Shown here: positions 27,403 to 37,402 of the stretch, one piece after another
Position numbering within the stretch: position 1 is the first letter of the stretch
How the letters are laid out: every line of letters starts with the position of its first letter
IMG/VR virus record: IMGVR_UViG_3300034073_002120
Reading direction: 5' to 3' (one strand)
DNA length: 64,000 nucleotides
DNA from: a virus
Taxonomy: Duplodnaviria > Caudoviricetes
Notes under the pieces: generated by a model
What the model was told of the DNA's origin: nothing
The model's database searches: none
Seen by the model: only the letters and a program-made list of their open reading frames with translations
Program-made: the position numbers and the translations under genes

Positions 27403-28536
27403 TTATAATATGGTTGATTTATAAAATTCATTTAATATATCAAAACCTTTATTGGATAATTCAAAAATTCTTAAATAATTATTTACAAATCTATGACTAT
27501 TAGTTTTTCTATAATCAATCAAATTGGTTTTTAAAACTCTTTCTAATTCATCTACCATTACTAATAATCGTTTATGTGGGTCATCTATATTTTCATACAA
27601 ATTATGTTGAATCAAATCATCAAATAAATCAAACCCCAATTCTCTTAGTATATGGTTCAATCCACGTAATCCATAAATCATAGGAATTTGATGTGCAAGA
27701 AAAGGTTTTAAGGTTTTTTCAGTAAATGTTATTAATCCATATTCGGATTCGTCACCATCTACAATACCAGTTACATTTTCAGTAACAAAATTTAACGGAT
27801 GATTATATGAATCATTAATTTCATTAAAAATATAAGTAGGTTCGGTTACATCGTAATCAATTACTATTGGTAGAGATATTTTTAATAATAGTTTTAAATC
27901 ATCTGCAGATATTAAATGTTCTTCAAACATTTCTTTACACATAGATTCATATTCATTTCGTATAAAACAATATCCATTTGGTGTTCCTACATAAAATAAA
28001 AATGATGTATTGGATATATCAATATTACGTTTTAATAACTCTAATAAAAATAAAATTCTTTGCTTTCTAAGACTACCATTAAAGGAATTAAATCCGTTTC
28101 TAATTTGATAATTTGTAGACTTTTTTAAATGAATATATGAATCAGATGCAGTATTTGTAAATGCATAAAATACCAATTCATATCCTTGTATTGTTTCATA
28201 ATTTACATTTACATTTTTTAAATATTCTGATATAACACTATCTACGAATAGATAAATTTTGTTTGGTAAACCATCAGTTTTTAATTTCAAATCATCTAAA
28301 AATACTTGTAAATTACCACTTTCGGTAGTAATATCTACAATAATAGTAGTTTCCGAATTTATATAATTTTTGACATCATCAAAATTATCTTGTAATCCTT
28401 CTCTGTGTAATACTACAATATCATAAATACCATTTTTAGTATCCATATTATCATAATTCTCATCAAAAAATCTTTCAAATATTCTTGATAATTGGTAATT
28501 ATAATCTAATACTCGTTTATTTGAATTAATTATCAT
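27403..28536 (-). CDS. glycosyltransferase-like protein (GT10-type C-terminal motif)
   Basis: FNSFNGSLRKQR...NFVTE...FTEKTLKPFLAHQIPMIYG. Confidence 0.5.
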   Translation of the reverse strand: MIINSNKRVLDYNYQLSRIFERFFDENYDNMDTKNGIYDIVVLHREGLQDNFDDVKNYINSETTIIVDITTESGNLQVFLDDLKLKTDGLPNKIYLFVDSVISEYLKNVNVNYETIQGYELVFYAFTNTASDSYIHLKKSTNYQIRNGFNSFNGSLRKQRILFLLELLKRNIDISNTSFLFYVGTPNGYCFIRNEYESMCKEMFEEHLISADDLKLLLKISLPIVIDYDVTEPTYIFNEINDSYNHPLNFVTENVTGIVDGDESEYGLITFTEKTLKPFLAHQIPMIYGLRGLNHILRELGFDLFDDLIQHNLYENIDDPHKRLLVMVDELERVLKTNLIDYRKTNSHRFVNNYLRIFELSNKGFDILNEFYKSTIL

Positions 28537-29557
28537 CTCTTACTACATCTAATGTTACGCAATGTGGGCCACCACTAAAAGTTCTAGCATGTCTCATCTT
28601 AACTGGTATAGATTCGATTCCCCATTTACTTAATTCTTTCATTAATAAAATTTGATGTTCTTCTACCATACATAATCTATCATTAATAGGTAGGATATTC
28701 ATCCCAAGCCAAGGTGATGCAGGACACCAATCATCCATTACTTGTGTTGCATATGGTTCGGGTGCCCAAATTTTATCAAAATCATTTATCATAGCAGGAC
28801 AATTAGTCCAATTCACTCGCGATGGGTTTAATAATACCAAACCTTCTCTTAGAAATACAAAAGTTGTATCTATATGAATGTATGCATAAACATTTTCAGC
28901 AGTATGTACTTTATATTCATTACCAAATGTTTCTTTACAATATCTTTCTAACCATTTAGCACCATCTTTATTACCAGTATTACTTACCAAATACAATAAA
29001 TCGTTATTGTGTTTAATTACATTTGCTGCATCAAATACAGGTTCACCATCTAATAATGTAGGACGAGAAAGGTCTTCTCTTTGATATATGGAATCTAATA
29101 ATTTTGGTTTCGGAGCATCGACCCAATGGTTCTGGTCAAATAATCTTTTACAAGTTTCCGCTTCATTCGAACGATGTCTTAATGTCATAGGTGTTGCAAT
29201 TACCTTATCATTAATAACCAACATCGAATCACGTGGACAATAGTTGTAATACCCATCCACTTCCCAATTATCGGTTATAATTTTTTGAGAAAAATCTCTA
29301 TCATCGGGTCTATGTACTTTAACTCCTAATGATTCTAATGTTCTTGCAATTTCATCTAAATCTTGTTGCGTTTCATCGATTAATTGTTGTGGATATAATC
29401 CAGATGGTCTATTTGCAAACTCTTCATCTGATAAATGTGCATAATCAATTGAATGTAAACATTTATCACCAATCGTAGGTACTTGTGCATGAGTTGCAGT
29501 TCCTACTATAATTTCCTTTAATTGACCCCATTCGTTTCTTACGTGTGGTTTTATCAT
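28526..29557 (-). CDS. amidinotransferase (glycine / inosamine-phosphate family)
   Basis: NEWGQLKEIIVG, CPRDS, FDAANV, HIDTT, GGPHCVT (catalytic Asp/His/Cys motifs). Confidence 0.9.
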   Translation of the reverse strand: MIKPHVRNEWGQLKEIIVGTATHAQVPTIGDKCLHSIDYAHLSDEEFANRPSGLYPQQLIDETQQDLDEIARTLESLGVKVHRPDDRDFSQKIITDNWEVDGYYNYCPRDSMLVINDKVIATPMTLRHRSNEAETCKRLFDQNHWVDAPKPKLLDSIYQREDLSRPTLLDGEPVFDAANVIKHNNDLLYLVSNTGNKDGAKWLERYCKETFGNEYKVHTAENVYAYIHIDTTFVFLREGLVLLNPSRVNWTNCPAMINDFDKIWAPEPYATQVMDDWCPASPWLGMNILPINDRLCMVEEHQILLMKELSKWGIESIPVKMRHARTFSGGPHCVTLDVVRDDN

Positions 29558-30432
29558 ATAATATTTGTATTTAGTAATTTTAAATTTCGTAATCCAATAT
29601 AATCTATATCAATTTTATCAAATTTTAAATATCCCCTATCGATTAATTCATTATATATTGTTTGACCTACTATTTTATTTGAAACATATCCATTATGTTT
29701 ATCGTTATAAGCATAATTAGTTTCAATATCTATTTCTAATTTATTATAACTTGTAAATTTGGTAAAATCATTACTTTGTTTAAAAATAATACCATCTCCA
29801 TATGTAAAACAATTTTCTTTATGAGTAGTTTCATCTGCATTTATTACAAAATAATTTATGTTTTTTGAATTTAAATATGCTATAAAAAAATCAATATCTT
29901 GCCAATATTTTTTTATTTCATTTTTTAAATTAAAAGTTTTGGTATAATATTCTAAAAATAAAGGTTCTTCGTTTTTAAGTGTGTTTTGCATATCAATTGA
30001 ATCATAACAATATGAATTTGCCAAATCAACTCTATTTTTAAGAGTTTCAGTATCCCAATCTACCCAATAATTCATTACTATAAAATCATTAATAGGTTGA
30101 AACCAAAATTCTTTTCTACCAATACCACCAAACTCTAATAAAAAAATATGTTCGTTCGTATCAAAATCAGTTGATGTTATAATATCATATACCATTCGCA
30201 TCATTCTATCATTACCATAACCACTTTTAGCATAGTTATTTACTTTAATTTTAGAATTTAAACGTTGTATTTGACCTGGATATGAAAAATTAAATTGAGT
30301 ATGTTCTTCATTTATTCCAGAATAAAATTTTTTTAAAAGATTATTTCTAACATCACTCATGCCAACAAATTCGAATCCACCGCCTGCAGTGTATGATGTA
30401 CCGAAACAATTTATATATTTAATCTTTGACAT
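29554..30432 (-). CDS. SGNH-like protein (paralog 7)
   Basis: FGTSYTAGGG...SGYGNDR...DKHNG. Confidence 0.6.
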   Translation of the reverse strand: MSKIKYINCFGTSYTAGGGFEFVGMSDVRNNLLKKFYSGINEEHTQFNFSYPGQIQRLNSKIKVNNYAKSGYGNDRMMRMVYDIITSTDFDTNEHIFLLEFGGIGRKEFWFQPINDFIVMNYWVDWDTETLKNRVDLANSYCYDSIDMQNTLKNEEPLFLEYYTKTFNLKNEIKKYWQDIDFFIAYLNSKNINYFVINADETTHKENCFTYGDGIIFKQSNDFTKFTSYNKLEIDIETNYAYNDKHNGYVSNKIVGQTIYNELIDRGYLKFDKIDIDYIGLRNLKLLNTNII

Positions 30433-30640
30433 TCTTTTTTAAACCAAATTTAATCCACTTATACCATATACGTTCGTGAATATAATATTGAATGGGTTTA
30501 TAAACTAATTCTGCCACTCCAAATGCAGTTCCAACTTTAATTGAACCACTTATCCACCACATTAAAAAAAACCCTACAAGCGTACTTAAAATACGATATG
30601 AGATGGTTTTAGCAATATGTCTCTTACGTTCTACTAACAT
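30419..30640 (-). CDS. DUF2061-like membrane protein
   Basis: KTISYRILST...YYIHERIW. Confidence 0.75.
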   Translation of the reverse strand: MLVERKRHIAKTISYRILSTLVGFFLMWWISGSIKVGTAFGVAELVYKPIQYYIHERIWYKWIKFGLKKNVKD

Positions 30641-31023
30641 TATCCTTTATTTTCATCGTAAGTCATAGTTCCATCTGGTTTCATATGACCAGTACGAATT
30701 GCCGTTCCACTAATAACTGCAACATCTGCGGGTGGTTCATGGTAAATTACATCATACCCCACACCTCTACCATAGTTTACACTTTCAATATCAGGAATTA
30801 CTGAAATAAACAATTTACCACTTTGTAATAAATCATTTAGTTCTACTTTTAATTCATCAAATACTTGTTGTGCTGTTTTAGGATTGTTTTCATCTACTTC
30901 AACATCTCTAATTGCTAACCAAACATTTTTACCTTGATTTAATTGTTGGTCTATTAGCCACTGATGTCCTTTGTGCCAATTTTGCCATCTTCCGATGTAA
31001 AGTGCGTATGTTTTTTTACTCAT
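30640..31023 (-). CDS. HxGH nucleotidyltransferase (cytidylyltransferase-like)
   Basis: IGRWQNWHKGH, ISGTAIR. Confidence 0.8.
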   Translation of the reverse strand: MSKKTYALYIGRWQNWHKGHQWLIDQQLNQGKNVWLAIRDVEVDENNPKTAQQVFDELKVELNDLLQSGKLFISVIPDIESVNYGRGVGYDVIYHEPPADVAVISGTAIRTGHMKPDGTMTYDENKG

Positions 31024-31817
31024 ACTATGTGTTTTTTTATTTTGTTATATATTTCAAATGCTATGATTTGATGTCCTTCGATATTTGGATGGTAATCATT
31101 TGAATCTTTAATGACATCTATTATTCGTTCTTGTTTATCTGATACTAATCTAGATAATCCATGTGATACACCATAGTTTACTTCTTCATTATTAGGTGTC
31201 ATAAAAATAGAATTTTCAATAACAATTTCTTCATTATAAAATTCTTTCCAAAAACAATTTTCTAAATAAATTACAACAAAATTAATTTGTTTAGATTTTA
31301 ATTTATATAATAAATTTAAAAATTGTTTATCTCTATTCAAAAGATAATCCATTTCATTAAAATGTTTATCTAAAAATGTTTCCCATAGTTTGAATTCAGT
31401 AGAATCTAATTGTTCCCCATATGTGTAATCAGTTGTCATCATTACTGCATATCCACTTAGTTTCGGATTCACACCATCTTTTGGACCCCAATTAGTTATA
31501 ATGTATTGATTTCTAGTAGAATCCCATAATTCAGTTCTACCCCATCCGGAATATTCTAATATAAATAATTTATTTGATGTATCTACATTTTCTATTAGTT
31601 CTTCAACATTGCGAATTAAATAATCAATACCACTTCCACATTTACCTAAATTTGTAGTTTTTACATTTGATAATTTAGTTAATTGTGCCGGCCATGCAAC
31701 TTCGGATTGTTTATTATAATTTATATTTTTTTTCTTATAATATTCCTTAACCTTAGTATCGTATAACCCTCCACCTTCGGTATATGATGTCCCAATACAA
31801 AGTATCTCATCAATCAT
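31020..31817 (-). CDS. SGNH-like protein (paralog 8)
   Basis: IGTSYTEGGG...NLGKCGSG...DYHPNIEGH. Confidence 0.65.
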   Translation of the reverse strand: MIDEILCIGTSYTEGGGLYDTKVKEYYKKKNINYNKQSEVAWPAQLTKLSNVKTTNLGKCGSGIDYLIRNVEELIENVDTSNKLFILEYSGWGRTELWDSTRNQYIITNWGPKDGVNPKLSGYAVMMTTDYTYGEQLDSTEFKLWETFLDKHFNEMDYLLNRDKQFLNLLYKLKSKQINFVVIYLENCFWKEFYNEEIVIENSIFMTPNNEEVNYGVSHGLSRLVSDKQERIIDVIKDSNDYHPNIEGHQIIAFEIYNKIKKHIV

Positions 31818-32284
31818 AACTTATTTATTTTATGTAAGTTATTAATCAGTTTAGAAAATGAGGTTTCTACTGAATCTTTTGTTGTATCAATATCAATAAA
31901 ATTTACTTGTGGTTGTTCGTAGTTAGAAACATGGAAATGGTCTCTCTCACGTGGTTCGGTAGTGTGAACATATATCTCAACAATATCAGTTCCGATTTTA
32001 TCTTTGAAGTCTTCTCTTAAATCTAAGTAAGGTGCAACTAATGATACTACAACATCACAATCTGATATATGTAGGTATTCCACCAATGCTTGAGCATTCT
32101 TAATGTTGGTTCTTCTACCTTGTTCTGAATAATCTTTGTTTTGGTAAATTTCACGTAAATGGTCTCCATCGACATGGAAAACTGATTTTCTCCAATTACG
32201 TTTTTCAGTTTGTAAAAACTTATGTAGTTTAGTGCCTAATACGGTCTTTCCTGCACCTGGTTGTCCTGTAAACCAATAAATCAT
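31814..32284 (-). CDS. cysC: adenylylsulfate (APS) kinase
   Basis: YWFTGQPGAGKT, VDGDHLR, GRRTNI, VSLVAPY. Confidence 0.85.
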   Translation of the reverse strand: MIYWFTGQPGAGKTVLGTKLHKFLQTEKRNWRKSVFHVDGDHLREIYQNKDYSEQGRRTNIKNAQALVEYLHISDCDVVVSLVAPYLDLREDFKDKIGTDIVEIYVHTTEPRERDHFHVSNYEQPQVNFIDIDTTKDSVETSFSKLINNLHKINKL

Positions 32285-32304
32285 AACTTATTTCCCTCTT
32301 TGTT

Positions 32305-33048
32305 TTATAACGCTATACCAGATAAATATGTATATCTAGAAAAATTGTTTTTTATTGGAGTTACCGCATGTTCTAAATTATTTCGTATTACACCATCATT
32401 CCCAGCAAAATCTAAAATAACACCAGTTCCATAATAAGGTGGTATTACTATTTGTTCTCCTTTTTTAGATGTAAAAACTATCTCACCACCATTTCCTTCT
32501 GCTTCAGATTTATCGTTCAAATAAAAGGTTATTACACATAAACGTTCTGAATTTTCACCTGTATCTTTATGAGGTTCAATCATACCATGTTCCTTAAACA
32601 TCGTAATAACACCATGCTGAGGTCTATTTATATCTCGTTGATAGTTATATAATTCATCTGATATTTTTAATCGAAGATTGTGAAATAATGCCAATTCTCT
32701 ATATCGAGGCCCTTCAATCCATATTTGTGCTATATTAGGATTGGGTCCATTTCGAAAAACATATGAATGTATTTCTTCTAATTCAGATTGAGGACCATAC
32801 CAAGCATCTATACTATTATTATCAAATATAGTATTTGTATAATTTACTTTAATGTACTCAAGTTCTTCAGCAGTTAATATATGTGGATTTAATATTAATT
32901 TATCGAATTTTTTATTTTCTATAAATTCTTTTAATGTAGTTTTTGCTATTTCAGATTCTTCTGGCGATTTCTCTTCAAATGAAAATATCAAATATCCATT
33001 TTCTATTAAAAAATCTTTATCTTCTTGTGTAAATAAGTTAGTATCCAT
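32305..33048 (-). CDS. 2OG-Fe(II) oxygenase
   Basis: PHKD, YLND...GGE, HAVTPI, RYTY. Confidence 0.8.
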   Translation of the reverse strand: MDTNLFTQEDKDFLIENGYLIFSFEEKSPEESEIAKTTLKEFIENKKFDKLILNPHILTAEELEYIKVNYTNTIFDNNSIDAWYGPQSELEEIHSYVFRNGPNPNIAQIWIEGPRYRELALFHNLRLKISDELYNYQRDINRPQHGVITMFKEHGMIEPHKDTGENSERLCVITFYLNDKSEAEGNGGEIVFTSKKGEQIVIPPYYGTGVILDFAGNDGVIRNNLEHAVTPIKNNFSRYTYLSGIAL

Positions 33049-33820
33049 TTCTTGATATATTGTATCCTTTTATATGATATGCTTTATCATGTGAACCACA
33101 AACAATATAATTACCTTTTAAAAATTCATGTACTGCTTTTACAACACCTAGATGTATATGTTGGTCACCAAATACATAAGTATCTTTTTCTAACATTTCA
33201 GATGTAGCATTTTTAACATCAAATTTTTCATAAGCATCAGGTCCTCCACTAAAATCATCAAATACAATTATACCACCATCCTTTAACTTATTGTATCCAT
33301 TTTCTACATCTGATTTTACAATATCATATTCATGCCCACCATCTATAAAAACAATATCATAATAATTATTTTTTACGTTATGAATTTGTTCGCGAGAATC
33401 TCCTTCGAAAATTGTAATAATATCATCTACTTTGAATTTCTTTGCTTCACTCCATAAATGCGATTTCCAACTTTCTGGATTATTCTCATTATAAGCCCAT
33501 TCTTCATCTTTATCAACAGTTAAGTTTCCTTTAAACCAATCAATAATATGGAGTTCTCCGTTAATATGTGGTAATTTTAATATTTTAGCGTTTTCTACGG
33601 CATCCCAACCTTGTGCACATCCGATTTGTAAAACACGAGGTCTATTATATATGTGATTATCATCTATACCCCAAAAATTACCAGTAAGATGCGTGTATAA
33701 GAAAGTTGAAATCCAAGGGAGTGGCATATTCCAATCCCCTGGCTCAAATGTATTTTTTTCTGAATTTCTGACAAACCACTCACTCATATCAAGTGGTGAT
33801 AGTGTTTTAAAACGTGACAT
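33038..33820 (-). CDS. class I SAM methyltransferase (Methyltransf_24-like)
   Basis: LQIGCAQG, VFIDGGHEY, GGIIVFDD. Confidence 0.85.
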   Translation of the reverse strand: MSRFKTLSPLDMSEWFVRNSEKNTFEPGDWNMPLPWISTFLYTHLTGNFWGIDDNHIYNRPRVLQIGCAQGWDAVENAKILKLPHINGELHIIDWFKGNLTVDKDEEWAYNENNPESWKSHLWSEAKKFKVDDIITIFEGDSREQIHNVKNNYYDIVFIDGGHEYDIVKSDVENGYNKLKDGGIIVFDDFSGGPDAYEKFDVKNATSEMLEKDTYVFGDQHIHLGVVKAVHEFLKGNYIVCGSHDKAYHIKGYNISRNGY

Positions 33821-33837
33821 AACCTATTTTTTTTAAT

Positions 33838-34680
33838 TTACGCTAATAAATGATAATATTCTTTGAAATGTTTGATTCTATCAGCTAAACCAATAGTTCC
33901 ACCATTTACTCTTTTTGTGATTTTAGTTACTACTATATCACTTGCTCCTTCATCTGCTATTTTATGTAATCCATTTTTAGAGAAGAACCATGCTGCTGAT
34001 GCTAATGCATATGTTGATGCAACTGAATCTGGGTTTGATAAAATATCTACACCAATTGATTTACCAAATGCAGTATAGTTTTCTTTACCTGTCAATTGGA
34101 TATATCCTCTACCTCTAAATTTATATCCTTCTCCACTACTTTCAGGTCCATTACCCATTCTACCACCATATACTTTGTTTGCAATCTTTTGTGGATTTCT
34201 AGCATATGCTGCTGCTGATGCTTCAGTTGGGAAATATTTTCTAAAAATACCATTCAATCCTTTTGCTGAATAGTTTAGATTCTCTTGTGTTAAACGAAAT
34301 CCACCACTCTCATGTCCACATTGTGCTAAGAAGTGTGCAACTCTTAAAGGAGTATTGATTCCAAATTTAGAAGCAACTTCTGGTATTGAATCGATTACAA
34401 CTTGTGGAACGTGTCCTTTAAGTTTATCTAATTTCAATCCTGCAACTTGTGGGGTTGGAGTTGATACTACTGGTTGTGGAGTTGGTGTGGTTGAACCTTC
34501 GTTCATAATCTTTGCCCAAGTTCCATCTCCTACAATACCATCTGGAGTTAATCCATTTTTTAATTGAAAAGCTTTTACTGCTTCTTCGGTTTTAGGACCG
34601 AAATTACCAATTGGTTCTATTCCCAATTTAGTTTGTAATAATTTAACGTTTTCGTTATTATCACCCTTTTTCAATAACAT
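33838..34680 (-). CDS. endolysin: peptidoglycan-binding domain + GH19
   Basis: LKKGD...DGIVGDGTW; AHFLAQCGHESGGF, FRGRGYIQLTGKENY, VNGGTIGLADR. Confidence 0.92.
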   Translation of the reverse strand: MLLKKGDNNENVKLLQTKLGIEPIGNFGPKTEEAVKAFQLKNGLTPDGIVGDGTWAKIMNEGSTTPTPQPVVSTPTPQVAGLKLDKLKGHVPQVVIDSIPEVASKFGINTPLRVAHFLAQCGHESGGFRLTQENLNYSAKGLNGIFRKYFPTEASAAAYARNPQKIANKVYGGRMGNGPESSGEGYKFRGRGYIQLTGKENYTAFGKSIGVDILSNPDSVASTYALASAAWFFSKNGLHKIADEGASDIVVTKITKRVNGGTIGLADRIKHFKEYYHLLA

Positions 34681-34696
34681 ACATATCTCCTATTCT

Positions 34697-35674
34697 TTAA
34701 TCTAAGTTTGTTTTTATTTTACTACTAATTTTAGATAATTCAGCTTTATCAACTCCTAAACTATCAATTACCATAGCAAGTAGTTTAATCTTTTGATTGT
34801 AGCTTAATTCTTTACCTTGTACTAATTCCAATGCCTTTTCAAATCTAACTTTTAACGCACCGGGAATTATTGATGAATTAATTTCTTCTGGTTCTACGTT
34901 TTCGTTTTTTACAAATGTTAATTCATTAGCATCATATGTTTTAGTAGTTCCGTTTGAAAATTTAAGATGAAACTTTCTACCATATGTTTTTATAATAATA
35001 CCAGTTTTATTTATATCTTTTACATTAGCTGCATCACCAACTTCAACATCTTGCCATTTAATATCAGTTTTTTCGTTTACTGATTCATTAAATCTTCTTC
35101 TTCTTTCCATCGAATCCCAATTTACTCCATTAATTAAACCATCTTCGGATTTAAACATAGGTGAATTGATTATTTTACCTTCTAAATAATATTCACCGGA
35201 TAAGTTTTTCTTTATCTTACCAGTTCCAATTACTTGCCAAAAGTTTCTACTTACTCCTTTGGGAACAATAAAATCAATTATATTACCAACACCTTTGATT
35301 ATTTTTAATTTTTGGTCTTTGGTTATTTTTGTTAAAGGAGTAGTTGCTGAAATTCCTTCTAAACCTTTGAATTGTTTTTCTGTAATTAAAGATTCGTTTA
35401 CACCTTCTAAATCATCTAATGATTGTGCAGGTGCTGCAGGTTTTATATTATGATTTGGCATCATTAATGCGTATTCTTTTTTTAATCTATTAAGTATTTC
35501 TTTTTTAACATGATTAGGCAATCCTTTATGTGAAGTTGATGCAAAATCTTTAGCATCAGATTTATCCATATCCTTTGCTACCTTTGCAACTTCTGGACTT
35601 GCTGGTTCTTCACCCTTTTGTGCTGCGTGAACCATACCCATAAATCTTTGTTGTGCTTTACTTTGTGCCGGCAT
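34697..35674 (-). CDS. modular putative virion protein (DUF3008-like N-terminus)
   Basis: MPAQSKAQQRFMG...DFASTSHKGLP; modules separated by VNE/ITE motifs. Confidence 0.6.
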   Translation of the reverse strand: MPAQSKAQQRFMGMVHAAQKGEEPASPEVAKVAKDMDKSDAKDFASTSHKGLPNHVKKEILNRLKKEYALMMPNHNIKPAAPAQSLDDLEGVNESLITEKQFKGLEGISATTPLTKITKDQKLKIIKGVGNIIDFIVPKGVSRNFWQVIGTGKIKKNLSGEYYLEGKIINSPMFKSEDGLINGVNWDSMERRRRFNESVNEKTDIKWQDVEVGDAANVKDINKTGIIIKTYGRKFHLKFSNGTTKTYDANELTFVKNENVEPEEINSSIIPGALKVRFEKALELVQGKELSYNQKIKLLAMVIDSLGVDKAELSKISSKIKTNLD

Positions 35675-35679
35675 TGTTA

Positions 35680-35931
35680 TTATCTCCCAAAATATGAATG
35701 TTCGTAATGTTCCAATCCATATTTTCTAATTGTTTCATCATCTAATAAACGAGCATTGACAGTTCCTAATCTTTTACCTTTATAATAAACTGACCAATTA
35801 CCTTGTGGTGATGCATCAACAGTGATATGTTTCAAATCCTTAATACCTCTATCATGTATTTGAATTGCATCTAAAAATTTCTCCGCTTTTGGAGTTAAAC
35901 TAACTTCTAATAAAATATCTTTTAGTTTCAT
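35680..35931 (-). CDS. hypothetical protein with MKLKDILLE N-terminus
   Basis: Start refined from the ORF track. Confidence 0.6.
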   Translation of the reverse strand: MKLKDILLEVSLTPKAEKFLDAIQIHDRGIKDLKHITVDASPQGNWSVYYKGKRLGTVNARLLDDETIRKYGLEHYEHSYFGR

Positions 35932-35935
35932 ATTA

Positions 35936-36154
35936 TTATTTTTTATACCAAATATTCTTTGGATTATCTGAATAGTTTCCATCAATTCTAACGGTCATTT
36001 CATTTGCAATTTCACCTGCAATATCATCATTACCACTAAAATGTAAAACTAAAAAAAATACCTGCATAGAAAGTGCAATTACACACCATCCTGCGGTAAA
36101 ATAAACTAATCCTTTGACAAAGATGTCACCGATTTTTTCTTGTAAACCTTTCAT
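35936..36154 (-). CDS. small membrane protein
   Basis: One TM segment; AAGGAG upstream. Confidence 0.65.
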   Translation of the reverse strand: MKGLQEKIGDIFVKGLVYFTAGWCVIALSMQVFFLVLHFSGNDDIAGEIANEMTVRIDGNYSDNPKNIWYKK

Positions 36155-36210
36155 TCAAAACTCCTTTTTTCTTCATATAAATATAGAGTTTTTAAGGATT
36201 GATAAAAATA

Positions 36211-36825
36211 TTAGTGTTTGATACACCACTTCCATTTAAATCCACCTGCAGTCTTCCGATTTCCATTACAAACATCACCGACTCCTAACACTTTAAGTGT
36301 ATCATAAATTTCTTTTTGAGAATTCCATTTTTTTATAAAAATATCATCTTTGGTATATTGGTTTATAGGTTTCATTTGTGCTAAACTTTGTTTTTTTCGT
36401 TGTTCAGCAGTGTTCATCTTCCCCTTACACCCTAATGATATTTTTTGTTTATGCTCGGTTGATAATTTTTTACCTATACAATGATTGTTAGTAGTCATTT
36501 TTCTACTATTTGCAGTTCGCATTGCTGTTCTCCCCTCTTCAAACATTCTAGAACTTATTCTGATTTCTCGATTCATTTTAGTAGTTCCTGGCCAATTCAT
36601 AACCCAAAAAGCATATGATAAACCATTAGAATGGGGTTTTATTCGATATAATAACCAATGTGCAATATAATGTTCTCTTGCAGTTAAATATATTAAATTT
36701 TGAGGAGAATTTGTTCCACCTAAACAACGAGGTATTATATGATGTTTTTCATAATAAACACCATCATCTAAATTTCTATGAAATCTAGTTTCTATTAGTT
36801 TTTTGTAGTGTAATTTATAATCCAC
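36211..36825 (-). mobile_element. free-standing HNH homing endonuclease (NUMOD3/NUMOD1 tail)
   Basis: EKHHIIPRCLGG...NLIYLTAREHYIAH; STEHKQKIS; KPINQY...AGGFKW. Confidence 0.85.
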
Positions 36826-36863
36826 ATATATAAATATAATAAATGTGAATTAGAGAGTAAATT

Positions 36864-37391
36864 TTAGTGATTCACTTTTTGTACTCTCCATTTAACGTTT
36901 TTACTACGCAACATTTGTTTTGCTGCATCTACATTTTTTTGGGAGTCATCTGCGAAGTAAATATCATCGTAACCTTTATTGTCTATCATATCTTCAATCC
37001 AATCTGCTTTATCTTTTGGATTATTTGATGCTAATGCAATTACGTTGATTTTGTTGGAATTAATACCAATATCTCTTAGGTATCGTCTGATTGGGTCTGC
37101 TGCTGCTCTTGCAGTTAGGATATATACTGGTTCTTTTGAACTCTGAACCACTTTTCTTAATACACTTGTAATCTTTTTGATTTCTTCAGGTTGTTTTACT
37201 TGTTCGAAATCTGAAAAATCGAATACATCACCTGGTCTTTCATTATATATTGCATATTGTGCAGGTGTTAGTTTACTTTTCTTACCCCCTTTGTGAGTAA
37301 TGTATATAAATGATGTTGTTCTGACAAGAGTATCATCAAAATCAAATATTCTTAAATTCTTACTTTCGGTAAATAAACTTCTACTAATCAT
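36864..37391 (-). CDS. HAD-superfamily phosphatase
   Basis: FDFDDTL, ILTARA, YFADDS. Confidence 0.8.
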   Translation of the reverse strand: MISRSLFTESKNLRIFDFDDTLVRTTSFIYITHKGGKKSKLTPAQYAIYNERPGDVFDFSDFEQVKQPEEIKKITSVLRKVVQSSKEPVYILTARAAADPIRRYLRDIGINSNKINVIALASNNPKDKADWIEDMIDNKGYDDIYFADDSQKNVDAAKQMLRSKNVKWRVQKVNH

Positions 37392-37402
37392 ATTTTTATT
37401 TT

